From Squalus acanthias (lineage: Eukaryota), in the NCBI GenBank assembly GCA_030390025.1, contig CM059437.1, forward strand, positions 83,762,001 through 83,826,000: 64,000 nt of DNA. The letters run 5' to 3'. A program made the translations under genes and the position numbers. Shown piece by piece: positions 25,386 through 39,440 of this stretch (position 1 is the first letter of the stretch; the number at the start of each line of letters is the position of its first letter). Below the pieces are notes generated by a model, which saw only the letters and a list, made by a program, of their open reading frames with translations, was not told the DNA's origin and made no database searches.

Positions 25386-25770
25386 CTGCATCATTAGGAC
25401 AAATAACTATTGTTTAAAATGGAACAATATAGCTGCAGACTGTTTACATTATGCCCTCTACAGATGCTTTGGCTTTTCTTTTGGATTTTTTTTCGTGTAA
25501 CAGACCTGAGTGATAGGGCTACACTGGCATTTGAAACATTCTACACAATGTATGCCGGAAATGGTGTTGGAGGGGTCGGTAATAACCAATTAGATCATGG
25601 ACACTTTAGAAACTAATTGTGATGGGAATGAGCAACTATCCCAGGAAATAATGGGTTTCTTTCATATAGTAAGAACAGAGCAAACGGACACAATTGAGGA
25701 GGGATAACAAGTCAGGGAGAAGGAAATATTTTTTTTTACTGCCATTAGTTCAGAAAGCTAAATTGTTATA

Positions 25771-26189
25771 CAGGAAACTTTCGTTTATCCGGCATCGACG
25801 GGACCGGCGTGGTGCCGGTTTATCGAAAGTACCGGATAACAGAGAGTTATATCTACCGAGGCTATTTTTAACAAAGAGACTCCAAGCAGCACGGGAGAAT
25901 CTACTCATGCTACTGCAATGTTTCGGACTTGCGACAGCACCAGGAGGCCGAGTAGTGGCACTTTTGAAAAGTACCCCTACTGACTAAATCGGCGTTCGCG
26001 GACTCGGACTCGGGATCGGCAACATTGCCGGTTATTTGAGAGGATTTTTCGGCGCACTCGGCGTTCGCGGAGACTCGACTGCGACTCGGCAACATTGCTG
26101 GTTATTTGAGAGGAGTTTTCGGAGGATGATTTTTGCCGGTTAAGCGAGAATTCCGGATATTTGGGTGCCGGATAAACAAAAGTTTCCTG
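25771..26189. mobile_element. Tc1/mariner (pogo/Tigger-type) MITE, CpG-rich and young
   Basis: TA TSD; 24-bp TIR CAGGAAACTTT(C/T)GTTTATCCGGCA with one mismatch; an internal about 65-bp tandem duplication. Confidence 0.85.
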
Positions 26190-26686
26190 TACATATAATA
26201 AAGATTAGATAAGAGCTGAAAGGTATAACAGAATGTATAAAGCGCCGAGTTTCACGGTTATGGTACTGTTTACATCTGCACCCCTCAGTTTAGTTCCTGC
26301 TTTTTTTATCTTTGATGTTTTCTGTTATTTTTGTTCCTATTGAATCACTGAATGAATCATTAAATGAACCTGCAGTACAAAGGTTTACATGTATATGGAC
26401 TGTAATGCGATCCTAACCAGAGTACAAGCTGTTCTTGGTATAGTAAACTTAAGAGCCATGTATTTTGCTACAATGTAGCATAAAATGAAATGAAATTATA
26501 TAATTTAACCAAAGTGGTTTTATAATGAGACAGAGGCAATTTTTTCCTTCTGCTTTTCTCCCGTCATCTTCTTCAGTTGTTGATTCATGCTATTGTGGTT
26601 TCATGAGTGTTGGCAGCCATCTGATATTTGCCCAAGTGGTCACTTTTTATGATTGAACCTAGATAGTGAGGCCCCAATATTTACTG

Positions 26687-27360
26687 GGACTGGATTTCCA
26701 AAGTTGGGGAGGGGTCGGAGTTCTGGTCTGGAGTTTTAACTTCCCAGCATGCGTGTTTCTTTTTAAAACAGGTTCCCTGCCCAGAAGCCAGCCTGATTTG
26801 ACAGGCTTGGCTCCCTGCCGGTCGGGGAACACTCCAGAAGAGGCCGCAGCCCAGGAGCAGGCAAGTTCCTGCTGCCCGGGGTAGAGATCACGAGGGGGGT
26901 GGCTACAGCGTGGTTTGGAGGGTAGGGGGTGATTGCGGGGTGGGTTGGAGAGAGAACAGGGTTAGAGATTGGGGGGGGGGGGGGGGGGAGGGGGAGGGCG
27001 GTGATCTCGGGGGGTGGGGGGTTCTGATTGCAGGGGTCCAATCGCGTGGAGCGGTAAACAGGTTGGCTTGGTGGTTGGGGGGAGGGAAGCATTCCTGCTC
27101 CTCCTGGCCCACAAGCAGTGCTGGAAAAGCACTTATCTCTTGCACGCAGCAGTCCTCGCCTCTCTTTAGCTGCCGGGTTTCCCAAGGCCCGGGAAACCAG
27201 GACAGCCAACATTAAAGCTGGAAGAGAGATAAAATCTGAGGCACACAGCCCCATTAAAATATTTAAATGAGTGACCCCACTTCCTGGGAGAGCGTTGGTT
27301 GCCCGCTTCTCATCCCGCCTCTGTTAAAACTGGAAGTTTGCGGGTTGGGTTCAGGTTCAG
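26687..27360. mobile_element. Truncated Harbinger-type MITE, with an adjacent LINE fragment at 27361-27602 (minus)
   Basis: Starts GGGACTGGATTTCC and is GC/poly-G rich. It is followed by minus ORF WHYLRAKWDRFRTDLATQNW, resembling a LINE ORF2 linker. Confidence 0.55.
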
Positions 27361-28443
27361 GCTCCTGGCATGCTCTTCTGCACACCTCACTGAACCAGGG
27401 TTGGTCCCCTGGTAATGGTAGAGTGAGGGATATGCTGGGCCATGAGGTTACAGATTGTGGTGGAGTACAATTCTGCTGCTGCTGATGGCCCACAGCGCCT
27501 CATGGATGCCCAGTTTTGAGTTGCTAGATCTGTTCTGAATCTATCCCATTTAGCACGGAGGTAGTGCCACACAACACGATGGAGGGTGTCCTCAGTGTGA
27601 AGATATTTAAGTAGCTGTAGCTGTTTAAAGAGTGTCAGGTTCGAACTTCCAAAAGATATAGTTCAGATTAGCACAGTTCCCGCAGTGATAATACAAGACA
27701 AGTACAGTGCCTGCCATATTGGGAAAGGGAAAAAAAAGGCACACTTTATCCACGCCTGAAATAGGATCTCCGCTATTCCCGGCCCGACCCCGGTGCAAAC
27801 CCACTTACCTAAGGGTTGCTGCTAGCATCGCAGTGGCCTGATATTGCACAACTCCTTGCCGGCGGGCTCTGATCTGGGGAGCCTTGGGCCTCACCAATCA
27901 GGCGTAGGGAAAGTACCCTCTGCTTCCCCCCCCCCCCCCACTCAGTAAATGGATGCGCCCACATTTCTGGGCCAATAATTAGTATTTAGATCGTGACGTT
28001 TTATTGTTTTCCACCTATTGTGCAGTTAGATAGAAGGATTTTTACTGTAATATATAAAAGTATTATTTTACTGTTATTTAATTCCATGTTCATCTTTTGT
28101 TATTCATGAAACACAAGAAGATGGTGTAATGAACTGCATGCATAATATAATTGAGTTGTTTTAAATAGAAGTGTGTCCTTTGTTGACAACAATTAGGAGT
28201 CAGTAGACAGGAACAATTGTATCCTGATATTCTGATACAACTACAAACAGGGATTTCAAGATAAATTATTTGAAAATTAGGTCCTTGGTCCTAAACTGTC
28301 ATTTAACAACCAAGTTTAATCCCCATCTAAAACATCAATTTTGTTTCTTTTAAAAAGGTAAATTAAAATAATTATATTAAAGTCTTTCTCTGCTGCAAAT
28401 GGTTTAAATATAAAGCTAATTATGGTATGGGTTAAAACAATAA

Positions 28444-29183
28444 GGGCTGGATTTTGATACTGGGGCGGGTTGGGGTCGTGTCATCCGCATTTCGTGTTAT
28501 CCACCCGACTGGAATTGGATGTGGGAGATTGATGCAATTTTCACCTAATTGGGCAATTGAGTTCCAGCATGTGGGAACCCATGAACCAATTAGTGGTTTC
28601 AGTCTGAAAGTCGCCTCTGATGATGTCATCATTGCTGCTGCATTGCAGGTCAGAGACTGCCTGACCTTTGCTGTGAGAGGACCTGGATGCAAAATGAGCA
28701 GCGAGAGAGAGAGGGAGAGGGATTTTTTTTTGCATCCAGGTCCTCTCACAGCAAGGCCAGGCAGTCTCTGAAGACATTCAATGCAGCAGCATCAGAGGCG
28801 ACTTTCAGACCTAATACTACTACTACCTTCATCACATCTCCGTTGTAATAGTGGACCTGCAGCTGATAGTCAGCTATCCACTTGTGCTCCCGCCAGGTTT
28901 CACTGGCGTGTTTCACATCAGGCGTGCTTCACGTCGGAAAAGGGTTAAACTAGCTAAAACGTTTCAAAATGGCATTACAGAGCCAATTTAGGGCTTGTTA
29001 AGGGCTTTAATGGCCTCTCCCGCCTCTTGGAGGCGGGATGGAGTCGGGAACACCGCGACCGATTTTGTCAAAATTGCGTGGAGGCGGAATGGAGTCGGGA
29101 TCAGGTCCGCCCGCCACTTTTCGCTATTTTAACCCCCCACACGCCTCCAAACCCGACTCCATGGGTCATTGAAAATTCAGCCC
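28444..29183. mobile_element. PIF/Harbinger-type MITE, copy 2, with an internal about 200-bp palindrome
   Basis: TIR GGGCTGGATTTT / AAAATTCAGCCC with TAA/CAA flanks; homologous to copy 1. Confidence 0.85.
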
Positions 29184-30289
29184 CAAGAGTTTCAAAACAG
29201 CAAGTAAGTTGCAGATATTTTTCAATCCAATTTTTAAATATTTCAGTAGCATAAATATATTTCCTGCTTTTTTTCCATTATTTGAAACTCCAGCCACACT
29301 AATATTCAACAGGCATCACATACAGACAGTAATGACAATTACTTTAGTGGACAAATGACCTGTTACCCACAAAAACACTCTGTGGTGTGTGTTTGCATCA
29401 ACTTTCTCATTACTTATTTTTCTCTTGTTCTTTTATTCCACTCCCACACCATGGCAATTCCTCCTGCTTTTTCATAGGTTATGTTCATAAAGGTGAGTTG
29501 ACAATAATGAAGTAACTTTAAGCTTTTGATTGGTCTGCAACCGTACCCTCGTAAAACAATGGTATTCAAAAGAATTGGGATAGAGAAGTAGAACAAAAGG
29601 TCAAAAACAAGTCTTGCTACTTTTAAGGCAAGACTGATTGAAGTTTGATATATCTTTTTGCCCCATTTCATCCCACACCACTTCCCTCTGTTAGAAGACA
29701 TGCCACTGATTGAGCTGCCTGACTCCTCCCTCTCCCCAACTGACTCCTCCCTCTCTCTAAAAGAGCACCTCAGCTGCTTCGGAAGCCACCAACACTTCAG
29801 CTGAGATCAGGAGCAAACCTACTAAGGCGTAACGTGGGAAAATTCTAAGTGACAATCAGTACAAATTGTTTTATTGAAATCCAGTCAGGAGTTAGAGAGG
29901 GCTTGAGACAGTGAAACAAAACAGCACAGAGTACATGAATACAGCAGAAATTCAATGAATCAAGTAAATTATCATAAAAATAAAATATCTAAGCTAGATT
30001 CATAGAAGTATAAACAGATACAGAGACACAAATAATGAAAGAGTCAAACATTTATTGCCTTTCTACATTTCCTTTATACCACTCCCAAAATAATGAAATA
30101 GAGGGAACAGTTGTACACTTAACAAAAACTTAGAAGTACAGGAGCAAACTGGAAGAAATTCAAAGAATAATTAAAGTTGACAAGAAAAAATTGGATAGGG
30201 CAGAAAAATAAAAACTTAGTTTTACCAGTCTGCTAAGACCTAAAATTTCTAAGTCGGATAAGGTCTCTCACCCTTCACTCCGTTAATCC

Positions 30290-30443
30290 CTAGGAGGAGG
30301 TTTTGGTTTTGGTTTTAACCAGACCCTTCTGCACCAGACAGCGATAATATTCCTGAATGTAAGTGTAAACACATTTCCAGTCGGGCTCCTTCATCCGCAC
30401 CATATCTTCCACATCCAGTAGCTGTGGGCAGTCTGCATGCTTC
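30290..30443 (-). CDS. SMTN: Smoothelin alternative (proximal) CH C-terminal exon (E)KHADCPQLLDVEDMVRMKEPDWKCVYTYIQEYYRCLVQKGLVKTKTKTSS*
   Basis: Acceptor CTCTCTGGCCCCATAG, phase 2. Matches the smoothelin isoform motif HADCPQLLD.EDMVR..EPDWKCVYTYIQE.YRCLVQKGLVKTK. TAG at 30292-30290; possible donor AGG|GTGAGA at 30272/30271. Confidence 0.93.
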
Positions 30444-33400
30444 CTATGGGGCCAGAGAGAGGGTCAAACAAGAGAGGAGACGGGACACAACAGGGAACAG
30501 AAGGAGAGAGGGAGAAAAAAAAAGCAAGAAAAAAAACAAGAAAACATAAATTACATTCATTCAGTGACATACAATGAACAAAAAGAAAAAACATGCTTCA
30601 TGATACACAACAGCAATAACATTGTGCTCAATACGAATCCATTGAACATGGAATGTAGCACATGACATGAACATGGTAACTACATCAAAAGCAATGGTTC
30701 CGGTGGACAATGGGGGAAATGTGTAACTGTTTGAAGAACATATATAACATTTATGAGTGTATTAGCGATGATAGTGCACAAAAGACCAACAAAGAAAGTT
30801 AAACAAGTAAATTAAAAGTTTGGGGAACGAAAGAGCATTCTGTGGAAAAGCAAAAAACTCAGCAAATAAACAGAATTTGAAATCTGGTCAATGAACAATA
30901 ACAGTTCCACCTTTCCCTCTCCACAAAAGACACAGGTTATAGCACAGTGGTATCCAACAGAAAGCCCTCAGGGTCAAAAAACAGCCCCAATCAACATGTT
31001 ACTGTGACCCAATGATTCACTCCATTATACACAACTGTGTCAGCTCCCAGGGTTAGCTCATTCTCATTTTTAAAACAAAATTAATGAAGCCCACTGCTCT
31101 AGCAGATAAATAATTGTTAAAGCGCGATTGAGCAGAACTGGGTAAGCAACATGCCTTTTAGTTTGCAATACGGATAGGCAGATGTAGCTGTGCACGTTTG
31201 ATCTTCTCACAGTAAGAAATAAGCAAAACTCTGAACACATTTTACATTATGGCCATGCAGTAATAGAACATAAATATAAAACGAGAGAGAGAGAGAGAGA
31301 GAGAGAAACAGAAAGAGAATGATTTAGCATCCCAAAGCCTCTAATATGCCCTCCTCCACAAGCATTAACCATGGGGTCAGAATCTTTCCTCGTGGACACA
31401 AAATTCTGCAATAAAGAGGATGGTGCTCCGAAGATTCTCTCCCCTATAGAACACACATACACACACACACACACTAAAATTTGATGGACAGGCAAGTTTC
31501 GCAGTTAAGGCAGAGAGCTTAGAGCAGGTTATCCTGTGAAGATTGTTTTGGAGGAATGGCAGGGGGCTGGGTTAAAAATTCACAAAGCAACTTCCATTAT
31601 CTACATTTCTTAAAGGAAGCAATTTTAGATGAGTATTTTTTTCTCGCATCCAAATGTAGCTGTCATAATTTTTAACTAAGAGTTTTGGAATGAGAAGTCA
31701 ATTATAGAACTCACTACAGATATTTTCTTAAATAATACATGTTGGGAGATAGTAATGATGGGCATTCCAACTGATTACGTAGACCTGTGGCATCCATAAC
31801 CTCTTCCCCCTCTCTTACTCTTCAGCACCATTAAGAATGGAGTTATATCAGCATCGATAACACACCAAAAAGAGCCATTTGGCAATTTCCCACATCAGCA
31901 CAATTGAATTCAGGATGCATCTCCATGATACTGCATGTTCCAGCATTCTTGAGAGTAGCCTTCAAAATGTTTAAAATGAAGGGTTCTTGGAACACCAATT
32001 AATAATTACACTCTTAATGGTGGCCTGCGAGTGATCCACTTCATTCGATTTAATCTGGTATTATATTGTATACAAGAACTGCATGTGGCTTCCCTGGCAC
32101 AATAAAGAGTTTCACAGCATCACATTTTTCTCAATCTTGAACACCATTTATACTTATTTATTTTGGGATGGAAAAGAAAGGAATTAAACATGTTAATTTT
32201 CCTGGAATCTTTAACCACTTAAGTACAACCATTTAAAACTAATTTTTAAATGCACCCTTGAAGTTTTGAACACATCCATATGTACAGTAACATTATTTCT
32301 TGATGAAATAAAAACATCCGAGTTAAACACTGGGCAAAGTAGTGGTGGTTCCAGCATACTAAAAGGACTCAGACCACATCCACAATTCTCCACAGGACAT
32401 GTTTCCAATCACAGCAAGGCTATCAAAGTCCTGAGTAAATGCCAGGCGTTTGCCTGCAAAGAGGTAAGGAGTCACCCCCAGCCACATCTGTGCACCTTTC
32501 AGCAGTTGGATCACCTTTCGGCATCTGGGACCTTGTAGCAGGTGAAGGGCCACGACACAGCTTGCCCTCTCAGCTGGTGCATAGTGCTGGGCATGGTGCA
32601 TAGCATGGCAAGACTTAAAGATGGGAAAAGCACTCACTTTAATCATAATACTTTAAGACTGGGGAGCAAGCCACTTGAGCAAGGTACTGGAAGATGACAG
32701 CCTTCTCGTGGCCCACCCTGTTACGTGATCTTAGATCACAACTAATGTCATCTCAAAGGACACCGAACTTGTCGTTAAATCGACCTCCCGGTGAGAGTAG
32801 CAAATCAAACGGCCCTCTTCAGGATCAAAGAAAAGTACACCGGAAGCTTTGGCCTGGATATCTGACTTAGATATAGATATTTAATTTGTTTTTTGCTACT
32901 ACCATACTAAAGCAGAAGACTGGAAGATACCTGGCATCCAAGGAACCATACCCTAATAAGCAGTGAATACCTTGAGGAAGGGATGGATGGAAATGGCAGA
33001 GAAAAATTTGTATGGGGAAATAAAGAAGGAAAGAGGAGAAAATGTATGACAGCTTTGGAAAGAGAAACAATTCAATCCATACAAGAAGTAATATTCTCAT
33101 TCTGTCAAGAAATGCTTTTAAAGATTTATAAATCATATATCAGTAACCTCAAAATTATTTTAAAATATTTATTTTCCCCTCTATTTCCTCTATCTTTGCA
33201 TTGTTCCTGTTACTGCCACCCAGCTGAGACCAGAAGTTCACATGTCATCTTCCTGGTCTGTACGGTTCAGTAGCACACTGGGTGGTGCATTGATCCATTT
33301 CTTTACATCCAACATTCTAAGTCACATATCCCCAATAAAGAATTTAAAACAACATGAACCCAACAACAACAAATTATTTAACATTACACTTTCTGCGATC

Positions 33401-33809
33401 ATTGATCACCTCACTATTAAAATTTAGCACAGAAGCTTGAATTAAAAATTGATTACTGAAATCACCCACAGTCCCACAAGCTGACAGACAGTAATGAAAC
33501 AATTGCTCAGAACATATGCATTAAACAGAAAGCTCCAAATGGCCAGTCAAATGTCCATGGTGTGCTTATCATTAAGCTTAGTTATCAGATATATTATAAA
33601 CATTATATATGCAATAAATAGGGCTTGCGTTTAGGAGTAAATCAGTTGCAGTACACACTTCAGAACCCCAGAAAAATCTTTAAGCTTGTTTTAATCACTT
33701 CTAATAATACTGACACATAAAACAAATTAAAAATTTACATGGAGTAACACCACTAAAAATTCCAGAAGGGAAAAAGAAAATAGGGAATAAACCTTAATAA
33801 AAGACACCA

Positions 33810-34295
33810 CTGAGGTCTGTACTGAAGCCAGCCCTTATACTTTTAAGCCAGGTCTGTACCAAACCAGGCCCCTACAGACACCAGGCACACAGCAATACCA
33901 GACTATACTGACAACAGGCCAGTACAAAAACCAGATTTGAATGGACACAAAGCCTGCAACAAAAGCAGGTCAGTACCAAAATCGAATCTGTACTGACACT
34001 ATGAGGCTACCTTTTGCCAATCCACAACCAGAAAGGGAGTAGGGCTTTGGGCAGACCCTGCTTGCAAATCTATAGAGCTGCAGGCTGGCCTGCTCACACA
34101 TTGTGCAACATCTTTTTAAATGTGGCGCTTAAAGGGTGGACTTTTACTGTCTGGTTTACATTTGCAAAAATTATTGGACATTCAACCCAAAATCAGACAG
34201 GTGCCACCACCTGGCCGATAGATATCAGGCCTGTATCTGCAAGCACCAACACCAGGCTTGTATCTACACAGGTACCAGTCTACACCAACATCAGT
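33810..34295. repeat. Degenerate about 16-18-bp minisatellite (CAGGYCTGTACYRACAC-like) in two blocks
   Basis: Recurrent CAGGTCTGTACC, CAGGCCAGTAC, CAGACTATACTGACA, CAGGCCTGTATC and CAGGCTTGTATC units. Confidence 0.55.
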
Positions 34296-35012
34296 TACTA
34301 ATTCCTTTCACAGCATCCAGTATACTCACTGGTAACTCAGAGTACAGAATGCACAATGGGTGTCAACTAGTCAGAAATCACAAATCCTACATTAATGCTG
34401 CCTTTTCCTGGATGTAAATGAGGTTGCAGCTGCACATAGACAGATGGGTTACTTGGTTTCATTGGAGATTTATTTCAGTTTTTAGGTGACTCTTGCTTAA
34501 AATAAATTTTTTTTTAAATAGCTGAGATACCAACTCTTAAGCACAAGTCCCAGGGCACCCTGCACCAGCAGAGAACACCAAGGCTCGTTCCACACGCTGC
34601 AATAAAAACATTGTAATATTATTGTATAGACAAAAGATATTTGAGAGGAGCTGTACAGCTCCTAAAAAGATTATTCCATATATTGCACAGGAAGGTGGTT
34701 ATCCAGTTCCTTGATTCCTTGACACATTTATTAGCAGTCTTCTCACACATTAACATTGTTCCAGTGCATCTTGTTGAACTCTCTCTTTCAGTAAAACACA
34801 CAATAACCACTCTTCATTCCAGTTGAATTATGTTTTGCAACCTAAAATTCAGTGGTTTATTCTTTCATGAGTTTATTCTTTCATGCTGTTATCACACTTT
34901 TAAAAGGCAATGCTCTCTCTGTAATGAGGCGCTCAATAATCACTGCTTAGAGGCATCAATTTATAAACTCTAAGATAATACAATGCACATGGAGCTCAAG
35001 AAATGGTACCTA

Positions 35013-35685
<673 letters not shown>

Positions 35686-36207
35686 AATGTAGCATACCTG
35701 GTGGTCTATCTCAAACTGAGCAAACCAACAATACAATGTATGTGTAACTCTCTTTCAAAACTGACAAAGAAGCACAACTGTCCTTCAAAGAGGGAGTTTT
35801 GCCATTTGGTTCCTTTTAAAATCAAACAGTTACAAATTATAGTTAACTTAAATATCAGCAATTTTTCATCTTTTGTTCTCTTTTTTTTAAAATTACATGT
35901 ACAGCAAGTCCAGTTAACATAATCACACAAAATGGTTGGGAAGGAATGAAAGCGAGGAAGCTGAATAAAACACAATTGAAATAATAAAACCATTGAAACA
36001 TCACAACTCAATAACTTTAAAATTTCTCTCATACTGCAGGCTCAGTAACTACTCCCAGCCTCTTCCCCCAAAGATGTTCTCAGTATTCACAGTTTAACCA
36101 AAAAATACCAAAATAACAAATTATATTTTATTTATATTTTACAAAAGTGGGTAAATGGACTTGAGGTACAGATCAGCCATGACCTAACTGAATCACACAA
36201 CAAGCTA

Positions 36208-36513
<306 letters not shown>

Positions 36514-37269
36514 TTAAAACAATTACATATTTGATATTTCCCCCAGTCACGGTTACTGAGGGAAAATTGTGCCGACAAAGACTTCAACACACACACAATT
36601 TAGTTGTGGGTCCTAAAAAAAATTCAAAAGTCCCTTTACTCTAGTTGCTATGTAGAGTGGCAATGTAAGCAATTTTCTCTGGTTGGCATTTCTAGTGAGA
36701 TCGTGAATGTGCTCAAAAATACTGACCAGAGGACATCTTCCCACATTTCTTTACAGTGTACCTATACAAAAGTGTAGATTTTCCTCTGTACCAGGGATTC
36801 GGTCAGAAGTGCAGGACTTCCACCCTCCCATTTCCCCGACGGATCTTCTTTAGTAAGTGAGCTCCCGGTGGCATTTCCGCTGGGTTGTCCATTTCATATG
36901 TGGGGCGGGGGGGGGGGGGAAGTCACAACATGGCGGTGGTACCTGCCAGCAGTGCCTGCTGCAGGGGGAAAAAAACCTCCAAATTAGGCAAATGGCCCGT
37001 TAATTTTTAAATAGCCTTTCCGCTGCTTTATCAATGCTGGATGCATTAATGCAGAGAAATACATCAAACAGCTGAATGGCTCACTGCTGCATTTTATGCT
37101 CCCTCACATCCTGAAACTACCTCAAAATAGGCAGAAGACAAGAGACAACCTGGGCCAATTGTGACCAGAGGAAATTATTTCCTCATTTATAGCCAAGTGT
37201 GAATAAATTTGAATTGTTTAAAATTTGGGGATCTGAAAAATTGGAATCCAAATCTGGATCTGAATCTGG

Positions 37270-38225
37270 GATGTGATGTTCCCCAGGGATCTATTCTGAG
37301 GCCTCAACCTTTCACCATATTTATTATGAACATGGATGAAGTAATAGAGAGTTGTATATCCAAGTTTGCAGATGGCACTAAGTTAAGAGGGGCAGTAAGT
37401 AGTGCAGATGGGAGCAGGAAGTTGCGAAGGGACATAGACAGATTAAATGAGTGGGTAAAACTATCGCAAATAGAGTTCAATGTGAGGTCATCTACTTTGG
37501 GCCCAGGAATGATAAATCTTTTTAATGGTGAGAATCTAAGTACTATGGAGGAGCAAAAAGATTTGGGAGTCCAAGTACACAAATCATTAAAAGCCAGTAG
37601 ACAGATACAAAAAGCAATCAAAAAGGCTACTGGAATGTTGGCATTTATATCAAGAGCCCTGGAAAACAAAGGGGAGGAATTTATGCTTCAGTTGTATAGA
37701 GCCCTGGTCAGACCCCATCTGGAGTACTGCATTCAGTTGTGCACCGTACTTCAGGAAGGATATATTGGCCATGGGAGGGGGGGGGCAGCGCAGGTTCACC
37801 AGAATGATACCGGAGCTTAGAGGGTTAAATTATGAGTATAGGTTGCATAAATTTGACTTGTATTCCCTTCAGTATAGGAGATTGAGGGGGTGATCTAATC
37901 GAGGTATTTAAAATGTTAAAAGGATTTGATAGAGTAGATATGGAGAAACTATTTCCTCTGGTGAGGCAATCAAGAACAAGGGGACATAATCTTAAAATTA
38001 GAGCTAGGCCATTCAGAAGCAAAATCAAGAAGCATGTTTTCATACTAAGGGTAGTAGAAATTTGGAACTTTCTCCCCCCAAAAGGCTGCGGTTGCTAGGA
38101 CAATTGGAGCTTTCAAGACCAAGATAGATAAGGTCAAGAGATGTGGAGCAAAGGCGGAAAAATGAAGTTTAGATGCAGATTGGGCAGAGCAGGCCCAAGG
38201 GGATGAATGACCTACTCCTACTCGT
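37270..38225 (+). mobile_element. Decayed CR1 LINE 3' portion
   Basis: ORFs show [30 protein letters not shown] and RTRGHNLKI with frameshifts; CR1 tail GAATGACCTACTCCT. Confidence 0.88.
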
Positions 38226-38368
38226 AATATACTTGGATACTCCATCTCAACCATTGTTATTATGTCTGGTATTAACAATGTACATACCATGGCTGAAAGA
38301 GGGTTCTGCAGAGATGCGGTACACTAGCACAAGCAGGTAAATAGAATCAAAATACCAACATGAAACCA

Positions 38369-39440
38369 GGAACGGTAGCATAGTGGTTATGTTACTGGAC
38401 TAGTAACCCAGAGGCCTGGACTAATGATCCAGAGACAAGAGTTCAAATCTTACAACGGCAGCTGGGGAATTTAAATTCAGTTAATTAAATAAATCTGGAA
38501 TAAAAAGATAGGGCTGGATTTTGAATCTGGGGTCGCGTTGGGGTCGTGAATCACACATTCTGGCTTGTAAACCCGCCTCCATCGAGATGTGGCCAACCCA
38601 CTGTATTTTCCCTTGATTGACCTTGTTAAGCCCGCCCAGTGGGCTCAGCAGGCCAATTAAGGGCCACCCGGCAACAGGTGACGTCACAGATTGACATTTC
38701 ATCTGTCAAGAGCTTTTGACAGATGAAATATCAGCATTTGACAGCTCTGTGAAGTTGTCAAACACTGACAATATGATTTCTAACTTCAGTCCTTCCTCTC
38801 AGGCTGAGTTAGAAATCATTCCAGCACAGAAAACAGAAGGCTGCAGTTTTTGACAGAACCACGGCTTTCCTGCTTTCTGTGCCGGTGAGATTTTTAACTC
38901 CCGAGAACTGAAGGGCTGACATCTGCAGGAGGAAGTTAAGGTAAGTAAAACTTTTTCCCACACTTAGCACTTACCTTACACACTTACCTCTGCACACATG
39001 CACCCATCACTCACCTGCCCACCGGACATATCGACCCCTCCAACCCCTGTAGACTCACGGTCCGCCCCGATAACTTGGCGTGGTAGCCACCTGTCGGGAA
39101 GCCCACATTTCACCTGTCAAAATAGGGATTATGCAAAAACCTGCCTGTTAACTACCTGTTAACAGGCAGTTAACTGCCACTAATCCCTTCCCGCCTCGGG
39201 GAGTCGGGTCTCAGCACAGGTCGGGTACGCGCCGCCAGCGAAACTGGCATGGAGGCGGGTTTGAGGCGGGATGGGGTCGGGACCCCCGAATCTGCAACTT
39301 TAACCCCCCCCCCCCGCCTCCAAACCCGACTCCACGGGTCATTGAAAATCCAGCCCATAGTATCAATAATGGTGACCATGAAACTATCTGATTGTCGTAA
39401 AAACTCATCTGGTTCACTAATGTCCTTTAAGGAAGGAAAT
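38369..39440 (+). mobile_element. tRNA-derived SINE 5' part (38369-38510 and 39357-39440), interrupted by a MITE
   Basis: A box TAGCATAGTGGT and B box GAGTTCAAATC; the body resumes after the MITE at ATAGTATCAATAATGGTGACCATGAAAC. Confidence 0.65.
38511..39356. mobile_element. PIF/Harbinger-type MITE, copy 3 (related subfamily)
   Basis: TIR GGGCTGGATTTT / AAAATCCAGCCC with an exact ATA 3-bp TSD; internal hairpin ATTTCATCTGTCAA/TTGACAGATGAAAT. Confidence 0.88.

Noticed and set aside
33810-34295. CRISPR-like array
   Set aside because: Units are degenerate and contiguous with no unique spacers, there are no cas genes, and the context is vertebrate.
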